Positions 8,037 to 15,865 of a stretch of 15,865 nt of DNA are shown piece after piece. Made by a program: the position numbers and the translations under genes. The DNA is taken from contig JBHIFL010000085.1 in the NCBI GenBank assembly GCA_046761065.1, positions 1-15,865 on the forward strand. Direction: 5' to 3'. Position 1 is the stretch's first letter; every line of letters begins with the position of its first letter. The stretch is from Candidatus Heimdallarchaeota archaeon. Its GTDB lineage: Archaea; Asgardarchaeota; Wukongarchaeia; Wukongarchaeales; JBHIFL01. Below the pieces are notes generated by a model. It was not told where the DNA came from. It saw nothing but the letters and a program-made list of their open reading frames with translations, and did not search any database.

Positions 8037-10943
8037 TTAGTTCTTTAGGTTTGACGTGGTTTTAATCGCTGCCATCTTGTCGGCGGCTGCCACCGCTCCT
8101 TTCCCATTCAGGACATCCTTCAGAAACGTAGCTGTGTACGAGGTCCGCGATTGCGCTACTTCTTCAGGCGTTCCGGTTACGACAACCCGGCCTCCTTCGT
8201 CTCCCCCCTCCGGCCCGAGATCAATGATCTGATCAGCAGACTTGATGACATCCAAATGGTGCTCTATAATGACAACTGTATTACCCGCATCAACCAAACG
8301 GTGTAATACTGCCAGCAAATTCTTAACGTCGGCATCTGCTAGGCCCGTAGTTGGCTCATCTAATATATATAAGGTCTTCTCCGTACTTCGCTTGCTTAGC
8401 TCTTTGGCCAGTTTTACCCGTTGCGCCTCCCCCCCCGAAAGGGTTGGCGCCGGTTGGCCGAGTTGAATATACCCGAGGCCGACATCAAAAAGCGTCTGCA
8501 GTTTTTCACGAATAGGGGGAATATTCTCAAAGAACTTAAGAGCTTCTTCAACGGTCATGGTCAGGACATCATGAATGTTCTTTCCTCGATATTTGACGTC
8601 CAGCGTCTCTCGATTATACCTCAGGCCTTTACAAACGTCGCATGTGACAAACACATCGGGCAGGAAATGCATCTCTATTCGAACCGTGCCTCCCCCTCGA
8701 CATGCCTCACATCGCCCACCCCGAACATTAAAAGAAAATCGTCCTGGTTTATAGCCCCGAATACGAGCTTCGGGAGTTTTACTAAAGAGTTCCCGGATCG
8801 GGGTGAATACATTAGTGTATGTTGCAGGGTTCGATCTTGGAGTGCGTCCAATTGGACTCTGGTCAACAACTATTACCTTATCAATATTCTCAATCCCCAA
8901 TATGTCCTCATGCTCTCCCGGCTTAGCACTGCTCTGGTACAACCTTCTCTTGAGACCTTTTGCACAAATTTCATTGATTAAGGTCGATTTTCCTGAGCCT
9001 GACACCCCAGTCACACAAGTTAGGAGGCCCAACCAAATTTTTACGTCAATGTTTTTGAGATTGTTTTCTTTTGCCCCTTTAATCAAGAGGTACGTTCCAT
9101 CCCCATTACGTCGCTTATCCGGGGTTGGGATAGTCTCTTTCCCACTTAAATAACGGCCTGTAACAGAGTCCTCGTTTCTCGCGATTTCCTGCGGAGTTCC
9201 TGTAGCGACAATTTCCCCGCCATGGACTCCGGCCCCCGGTCCAAGATCTATGACGTAATCACTGCCCCAGATCATACTGGCATCATGCTCAACTATAAGC
9301 ACCGTGTTCCCAAGATCCCGCAAGCGATAGAGAGTGCTCGTTAAGCGATCTTTATCTCGTTGATGCAGACCCACCGAGGGTTCATCAAGCACATATAACA
9401 CACCACAGAGACTAGACCCAATCTGGGTCGCAAGGCGGATACGCTGAGCCTCACCTCCCGAAAGCGTGCGAGCAGAGCGGTTCAAAGTTAAGTAGCCAAC
9501 ACCCACATCACAAAGGAAAGTCAGACGCTCACGGATTTCCTTCAGGATCTGTCTTGCGATTTGTTCCTCTCGTTCTGTAAGCTTCAATCCGTCAAAGAAG
9601 CGTTTGGCTTCAAGGGCCGACATTTCGGTGATTTCATGAATATTCTTGTCCCGAACGGTCACCGCTAATGTTTCAGGGCGAAGTCGACGGCCGTTACATT
9701 CGGGACAGGGTTGGGAACTCATCAGTCGCTCGATTGTTGTTCGGATATAATCGGATTTCGTTTCAAGGTACCGCCGCTCAAAATTATTTATCACACCCTC
9801 ATAGGGGCGACTAAATTCCAAGCGACTGTTGTCGGAGAAAAATTTGAAATCAATGACCTTCCCACGGGAGCCGTAGAGGATGATATTAAGTTCTTCTTCA
9901 GTTAACTCAGCGACAGGGCGTGAAAGTTTTTCCCAGAACCCAAAATGCATAGCGGTTTCTTCTAACATCCCCATATAATAGCTCCCTGTATGTCCCCAAG
10001 GGCCCCTGATTGCTCCCTCATAGATTGACAATCGCTTATCCGGGATCACAAGATCAGGGTCGATCTTCCTCTGGTCACCAAGGCCCCCGCACGCAGGACA
10101 AGCCCCGTAGGGAGAGTTAAAACTGAACGATCTGGGATCGAGCTCTTCGTAACTAATTCCGCATGCAGGACATGCCATCTCCAAGCTATAAACTAGATCG
10201 CGTCCTTGGTTCTCATCGACTACGTGTATAATCACAAGATCGCCTGATTGAGCTATAGCGGTTTCAACAGAGCCAGCCAACCGTTTTCTTATGTCTTGTT
10301 TGATGATAAGGCGATCTACCACCGCTTCAATGGTGTGCTTTTTATTCTTGTCCAAGGTCAGAGAGTTCTCAAGCCCATCCATGTCATAAATCGTTCCATC
10401 AATCCGCGCGCGCACAAAGCCATTTTTTCTGAGGTTCTTGAAAATCGTCTTGTGCTCCCCCTTACGTCCTCGTATCACTGGGGCTAGGACAAGGATGCGC
10501 GTCTCATCTGGAAGATTTAAGATCTGCTCAACAATCTGGTCAGTTGTTTGGCGGGAAATCTCCTGTCCACATTGATAACAGTGAGGAACCCCGATTCGTG
10601 CAAAAAGAAGGCGTAAATAATCGTAAATTTCGGTAACCGTTCCTACTGTTGAGCGTGGATTCTTAGAAGCGGTTCGCTGTTCTATGCTGATAGCTGGGGA
10701 CAACCCTGAAATTTCAGCAACATCTGGTTTGTCCATTCGCTCAAGGAACCTGCGAGCGTAGGAACTAAGAGATTCCACGTATCGTCTTTGTCCCTCTGCG
10801 TAAATCGTATCGAAAGCTAAGGAGCTCTTCCCGCTTCCGCTTACCCCAGTCACTACAACAAGCTTGTCTCGGGGAATTGCCACATCAATATTCTTGAGGT
10901 TATGAACCCGAGCTCCTTTAATGACAATTTGTTCTTTTACCAT
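8037..10943 (-). CDS. uvrA: Excinuclease ABC subunit A
   Basis: 968 aa. Two Walker A motifs ([18 protein letters not shown]), two LSGGEAQR signatures, LDEPS/LDEPT Walker B motifs, CxxC zinc modules and [16 protein letters not shown]. Confidence 0.99.
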   Translation of the reverse strand: MVKEQIVIKGARVHNLKNIDVAIPRDKLVVVTGVSGSGKSSLAFDTIYAEGQRRYVESLSSYARRFLERMDKPDVAEISGLSPAISIEQRTASKNPRSTVGTVTEIYDYLRLLFARIGVPHCYQCGQEISRQTTDQIVEQILNLPDETRILVLAPVIRGRKGEHKTIFKNLRKNGFVRARIDGTIYDMDGLENSLTLDKNKKHTIEAVVDRLIIKQDIRKRLAGSVETAIAQSGDLVIIHVVDENQGRDLVYSLEMACPACGISYEELDPRSFSFNSPYGACPACGGLGDQRKIDPDLVIPDKRLSIYEGAIRGPWGHTGSYYMGMLEETAMHFGFWEKLSRPVAELTEEELNIILYGSRGKVIDFKFFSDNSRLEFSRPYEGVINNFERRYLETKSDYIRTTIERLMSSQPCPECNGRRLRPETLAVTVRDKNIHEITEMSALEAKRFFDGLKLTEREEQIARQILKEIRERLTFLCDVGVGYLTLNRSARTLSGGEAQRIRLATQIGSSLCGVLYVLDEPSVGLHQRDKDRLTSTLYRLRDLGNTVLIVEHDASMIWGSDYVIDLGPGAGVHGGEIVATGTPQEIARNEDSVTGRYLSGKETIPTPDKRRNGDGTYLLIKGAKENNLKNIDVKIWLGLLTCVTGVSGSGKSTLINEICAKGLKRRLYQSSAKPGEHEDILGIENIDKVIVVDQSPIGRTPRSNPATYTNVFTPIRELFSKTPEARIRGYKPGRFSFNVRGGRCEACRGGGTVRIEMHFLPDVFVTCDVCKGLRYNRETLDVKYRGKNIHDVLTMTVEEALKFFENIPPIREKLQTLFDVGLGYIQLGQPAPTLSGGEAQRVKLAKELSKRSTEKTLYILDEPTTGLADADVKNLLAVLHRLVDAGNTVVIIEHHLDVIKSADQIIDLGPEGGDEGGRVVVTGTPEEVAQSRTSYTATFLKDVLNGKGAVAAADKMAAIKTTSNLKN

Positions 10944-11574
10944 GTTACCATGATCCCGCCGATGATTTAATTCAAGATATACGTTATTTTATCCAGAAAA
11001 GTCTATTTATCATCAGAAGTACTCATATCAATACGTGAATTGACCTTTTTAGGAATTTTAAGGATTGGGTGCATACATAAAAAATAAAGAGTGAGCAAAT
11101 CCAAAACGTATTTTGATTTCTTTAACATTATGAGTTCTTTACGAAGTGATCCTCGAATTTTTACATTGCTTGAACAATGGCAGATTGTATTTTCGCTTAG
11201 TCGGCTTAGAGAATTGTTCTAAGCATGGGAAGGTCTCTCTGGGATGCTCCTTGCCCAGTTTGATGTTTACGTTTTTGCCGCTCAATAGGGTTTTCAAATT
11301 TGGAATTACTCAAGATTTGTTTGTGTTCCGCATTTGGCGGAGCTCTGTAATCGTTCATTCCTTGGTAAAAAGAATGAAATAATTGTGTATATTTCGAAAT
11401 GGTATTACAACCATTGCAAGAAAATTTATGTATTGAAAATGTAGTAAACTCATTAATAATATTTCTACAATCAAGATTTGAATTTGATTAAAGAATCTAG
11501 GGGCCAGATAAAAAAAATAACAACATTGTCATACCTGTTATGATGAGAAGAAACTCAAGAGGTGGGGAATTTTC

Positions 11575-11883
11575 GTGACGAATTCGGAAGCAACGCTAGA
11601 TAAACTTCTCCTCCTGCTTGGCCATACCATCAGTCTGAAAGTGCTCTGGTTCTTTTATCGCAACCCAGATACTTTGGACAATATTACCGGCATCGCGGAT
11701 CGAATTGGCTATAGTCATGTGTCGACGGGCCAAACCATTACGGAACTGGTCAAGTTGGGTGTGTTAGAGGAACGCACAATTGGTCGAAGCCGAGTGATCT
11801 CGCTAAACCAAACAAATAATACCACCCAGGTGCTTTTCGATTTTTTTAAGGAGTTTGAAAAACAAGAGTCCGAAAACAAATAA
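11575..11883 (+). CDS. Winged helix-turn-helix protein (ArsR-like fold), putative transcription regulator
   Basis: 102 aa, GTG start with GAGGTG 10 nt upstream. LKVLWFFYRNP...NITGIADRIGYSHVSTGQTITELVKLGVLEERTIGRSRVISLN fits an HTH plus beta-wing. Confidence 0.8.
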   Translation: MTNSEATLDKLLLLLGHTISLKVLWFFYRNPDTLDNITGIADRIGYSHVSTGQTITELVKLGVLEERTIGRSRVISLNQTNNTTQVLFDFFKEFEKQESENK

Positions 11884-11976
11884 CAGGATCTGCCCCATAT
11901 CTCTATAATCAATCCTTACTAACAAGAAGAACACATCGAAGTTTTAAAGGTGCATCAGGAAAATCGAGACATCCAC

Positions 11977-13983
11977 CTACGTATGATCCCTTACGCGCAG
12001 GATGACATTTGTTTGAAGGTCTTTGATCTGATCTCGGAGGATTGCGGCTTTTTCGAACTCGAGTTTATTAGCGGCTTCAAGCATCTCCGTTTCCAAGCGA
12101 ACCAATACCGTTTCAATGTCTGCTCCTTTTTTAAGATCCTCAAGGTAGTCCGCTTCAATGGTTTCGACCGCTGTCCTTTCGCCTGCACCGATGAGGGAAC
12201 TTACCGCTTTCTGAATGGTCTGTGGAACAATACCATAACGTTCATTGAAATCCAGTTGCAAGGTTCGGCGACGATTTGTTTCTTCAATTGCTTGCCTCAT
12301 AGACGTTGTCAGGGTGTCAGCGTACATGATCACTTGGCCATTGACATTTCGACTGGCACGGCCAATGATTTGGATCAAGGAGGTCTCTGACCTTAAGTAA
12401 CCTTCTTTGTCTGCATCTAAGATGGCAATAAGGGCCACTTCTGGTAGATCCAAGCCTTCCCGAAGCAAATTAATTCCTACTAACACATCGAACTTGCCTA
12501 GGCGTAAGTCTCGTAAGATCTCAACACGTTCCAAAGTGTCGATCTCAGAATGTAGGTAACGAACCCTCAAATCGACTTCATTTAGGTAATCTGCAAGATC
12601 TTCGGCCATTCGCTTCGTAAGGGTAGTCACTAGCGTGCGTTCTCTCCGCTCTACACGCTTTCTGATCTCTGCAATCAAATTATCAATCTGTCCTTCTGTT
12701 GGTTTGACAATAAGTTCTGGATCTACCAAGCCGGTTGGTCGGATGATTTGTTCTACCATCTGTTCTGAGTGTTTCCGCTCATAAGGACCGGGAGTTGCTG
12801 AAACGAAGATGACTTGATTGATCCGTTGTTCAAATTCTTTAAACGTGAGTGGTCTGTTATCCAATGCGGACGGTAATCTAAACCCGTAATTGACCAGTGA
12901 CTCTTTACGTGATCTATCGCCCCGATACATTCCTCTGATTTGGGGGATTGTAATGTGGGATTCATCAATGATTAAGAGGAAATCTTCTGGAAAGTAGTCA
13001 AGCAATGTCCATGGTGGCTCTCCAGCCTTACGACTGCTGAAATGACGCGAATAATTTTCCATTCCATGACAGTACCCCACTTCTCGAATCATCTCGAGAT
13101 CAAATCGGGTGCGTTGGTCGAGGCGTTGGGCTTCTAAGAGCTTCCCTTGAGCCTTTAACTTTTCCAACCGTTCTTCTAATTCCTGTTCAATAGAAATAAG
13201 TGCGGGATTAATTGTATCTTTAGGTGAGACAAAGTGGCTTGCAGGGAAAACCATCAATCCGTCTTGTTCCTGGGAGACTTCTCCTGTTAAGGGGTTTATT
13301 TTTGTAATCCGATCAATCTCATTGCCATAAAGTTCGATCCGGAACGCCTTACTTTCATAAATCGGGAATATCTCAACTACATCACCTCGTACTCGAAATC
13401 TCCCTGGGATGAAATCGTAATCGTTTCGCTCATACATAATCGTTGTCAGCTTCTCCAGGATCTCATCTCGTTCCCACTCCTCCCCTTTTCTTATGTATAA
13501 TCCTAAATTGCGGTAGTGACTGGGTTGTCCCAAACTAAAAATCGCTGAAACGGTAGCCACAATGATTACGTCCCGTCTGGACATCACCGCAGCGGTTGCC
13601 GCATGGCGCAACTTATCAACTTCTTCGTTTATTGACTTCTCCTTCTCGATGTAGGTATCTGTTTGAGGGAGATAGGCTTCAGGTTGGTAATAATCATAGT
13701 ACGACACAAAATAACCGACTGCATTCTTCGGGAATAGTTCTCTGAATTCTGTATAAAGCTGGGCTGTTAACGTCTTATTAGGACTCAAGACCAATGTAGG
13801 CATCTGCACATTTTGGATGACATGAGCGATGGTAAAGGTCTTTCCGCTTCCTGTGACACCCAACAGGGTTTGATATCGCATCCCTTGACGGATGCCTGTG
13901 ATAAGTTGAGGGATAGCTTGTGGTTGATCGCCCTGAGGCTGTAGGTCAGTGGTCAATTCAAATCGGGGCAAATCCATCGCCAT
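11977..13983 (-). CDS. uvrB: Excinuclease ABC subunit B
   Basis: 668 aa. PQGDQP, Walker A GVTGSGKT, beta-hairpin [41 protein letters not shown] and C-terminal UVR domain ([11 protein letters not shown]). Confidence 0.99.
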   Translation of the reverse strand: MAMDLPRFELTTDLQPQGDQPQAIPQLITGIRQGMRYQTLLGVTGSGKTFTIAHVIQNVQMPTLVLSPNKTLTAQLYTEFRELFPKNAVGYFVSYYDYYQPEAYLPQTDTYIEKEKSINEEVDKLRHAATAAVMSRRDVIIVATVSAIFSLGQPSHYRNLGLYIRKGEEWERDEILEKLTTIMYERNDYDFIPGRFRVRGDVVEIFPIYESKAFRIELYGNEIDRITKINPLTGEVSQEQDGLMVFPASHFVSPKDTINPALISIEQELEERLEKLKAQGKLLEAQRLDQRTRFDLEMIREVGYCHGMENYSRHFSSRKAGEPPWTLLDYFPEDFLLIIDESHITIPQIRGMYRGDRSRKESLVNYGFRLPSALDNRPLTFKEFEQRINQVIFVSATPGPYERKHSEQMVEQIIRPTGLVDPELIVKPTEGQIDNLIAEIRKRVERRERTLVTTLTKRMAEDLADYLNEVDLRVRYLHSEIDTLERVEILRDLRLGKFDVLVGINLLREGLDLPEVALIAILDADKEGYLRSETSLIQIIGRASRNVNGQVIMYADTLTTSMRQAIEETNRRRTLQLDFNERYGIVPQTIQKAVSSLIGAGERTAVETIEADYLEDLKKGADIETVLVRLETEMLEAANKLEFEKAAILRDQIKDLQTNVILRVRDHT

Positions 13984-13996
13984 TTATGTAATATAA

Positions 13997-15410
13997 TTAT
14001 GACCAGGCTTGGGGAATAAATCGTTTGATAAATGCCATTGAAATAAACTCTTCTTTCCTGAGGTATAGTTCAAGCACCTCTCTTAAAAACTCAGGACGAA
14101 ATCTCTCGTTTTTCGAATTCGCCAAGTCGCTATCCCCTGTTCCTCGTTGAAGATAATCTGATGTTCCAACCCTGTACCATCTTTGAAAATCTAGTGGCTG
14201 ACCGTTTATCGTGATAGATTTAATCTTGTGCATGAGTTTTTCTTTAGGATTAAAGTGAACCATCAGATTGTGAGATACTTGAACATTACCTAGGAATTTT
14301 CCTCGGAATCCTACTCCCGTTCCACCCATTAGTTGGTACTCTTTCAGAAGTGATTTTTCCAAGGTGATTAGTAGATCCCTCCCTTTGAGATCTACACTCG
14401 TAGGATTCAATGGGGAAAGGCATATCTCATGCAATAATCTCTTCGTAACAGGGCCTTTGACAAGCCCTTTGTTCAAAACACCGCTGTTTATGACCCCAAT
14501 CTCTGTTTGAAGTAGGTCCCTTAAAGAATCCGCCAAAAGATTCCCAATTGCGCTCTCTTCAGTCAATGAATGGTCAAGTGGGGGTATCGAGTTGATATAA
14601 TTGTCGGGATAATGTTTCATTAGCTTTTTTGGAATAATTATGTATTAGCTCACAAATTGCAGGGAGGGGTGGGAAGTTCTCGGATGGGATCAGTCTGCCT
14701 TTAAAATCTCGATTAGATCTGGATTCATTATCATACTCGAGTATCAACTCGCCTAAATATTTCCCATATTTTCCCGCCTGACAAATAATTGTTTGATTTT
14801 CTACAATTGGTTCCTTGAGCGAGATATGTGAATGTCCACCGATTATAATATCGATATTAGGGTTCTTCGATGCGATTTTTTTATCCTTTTCTAATCCTAG
14901 ATGCGATAACAAAACCACAACGTCATATTCATCCTTTTCATAAGTGGAAAGAACCCCGGTTATCTCTGCCTGTGGATCTATTACGAGCAACTCAAAAAGT
15001 TCATACCATACATCGGATGGTGCCGTCACGCCGATTATTAGAACTTTCAGACCGCTGACATCAATTATCACAGAATCTTCAAGGTATTCAAGCGAGGTCC
15101 CGTCAAAATCGTATATATTACAAGTAACGATAGGAAAATTAGAGCTCTCCGCAATAATTTTCCTGTTAATCTTTCCAGCAAAGCTTTCATTATTGCCGAA
15201 GACTCTCGCATGGAATCCAATTTTGTTAAGAATCGCCGAGCTAATTCTTCCACTGGTTCCTTCAGTCTCAAGTCTCATAAAATCGGCATTGTCACCACTA
15301 TCTAGCACAACTGTATTGTTGTCCCTTATCTTAACAATAGCTGTTGCAATTTTCGCTAATGCTTCAAAGTAGCTATTCAGGTCACTTATATGAAGTAGCC
15401 TTAATTTCAT
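13997..15410 (-). pseudogene. Bifunctional metallophosphatase/5'-nucleotidase (YunD-like), split by a frameshift
   Basis: ORF 14574..15416 is the metallophosphoesterase domain (HISDLNS, DSGD, GNNE, LSHLG, GGHSH). ORF 13997..14620 is the 5'-nucleotidase C-terminal domain (ESAIGNLLAD, INSG, GFRG, PEFLR). Removing one base from the G5 run at 14580-14584 gives a continuous LYQLDTPLDHSLTEES and a 470-aa protein. Confidence 0.85.
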
Positions 15411-15865
15411 CATCAAGTTTTCTCGTAAGGATTCTGTATTTATCTCTATTTCTATGTACGTTGCTTAGATTTCAATATAATCTCCTGACATGTGAAATAT
15501 GCAGTTTTCTTTAAGTTTGTGGCACTCTTAATTCATACTAAGCTGTCTTGGAGATTTAAAATTCTGTTTAAATCCCTTAGAACATCATTGAGAGCGTTAT
15601 ATGCATATATCAGATAAATCATGGGGCATTTTTCAAAAAATTGGGGTAAATCAAGATTCTAGGAACTGACTGATATTAATAATTTAAAAAAATTCCATTT
15701 ACCTCATTGGTTTTTAATGATTTATATTCAATCGCTAAATCTAAATATCGAATTATCAGCATTTTAATTTATTTGGGATCATAAAAAGTGTCTTACTAGA
15801 TTGATAAAAGAGAGAAAAGGAAAAATGTCAAAAAATCGATAACATAAGGATCATAGACCAGTTAG

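Noticed and set aside
8242-12968. ORFs nested in or antisense to uvrA, the wHTH gene and uvrB (e.g. 8421..8981, 11950..12390), and 11146..11382
   Set aside because: The nested ORFs are shadows of conserved genes. ORF 11146..11382 has no recognisable domain.
2753-14584. Systematic homopolymer sequencing error as the cause of the frameshifts
   Set aside because: About 6.7 kb of uvrA/B/C, containing longer runs such as C8 at 8429-8436, is in frame, and lesions occur only in accessory genes. Not fully excluded without reads.
1-15865. CRISPR array, tRNA/rRNA, integrase or transposase, att-like direct repeats, LexA boxes
   Set aside because: None recognised by eye. No regularly spaced repeats were seen in any intergenic region. 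Short att sites could have been missed without a computed self-alignment.

Overview
Probably archaeal chromosomal DNA. This is inferred from TATA-like boxes, an archaeal-style wHTH protein, and MNT-HEPN, AbrB-VapC and PIN-UPF0175 modules. The window carries a complete, intact bacterial-type nucleotide excision repair set, uvrB-uvrA-uvrC, all on the minus strand but not contiguous. The gaps and flanks hold AT-richer accessory DNA: three different toxin-antitoxin pairs, a divergent wHTH gene and several gene remnants. Reading past the ORF track shows three single-lesion pseudogenes: a frameshifted HEPN, a PIN with one in-frame TAA, and a YunD-like 5'-nucleotidase split at a G5 run. There is also an unannotated SDR N-terminal remnant. 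Only the AbrB-VapC pair is fully intact, and it retains a perfect operator-like inverted repeat. An NAD-dependent epimerase-family gene and a nitroreductase lie at the left end. No CRISPR array, rRNA, tRNA or transposase was recognised.
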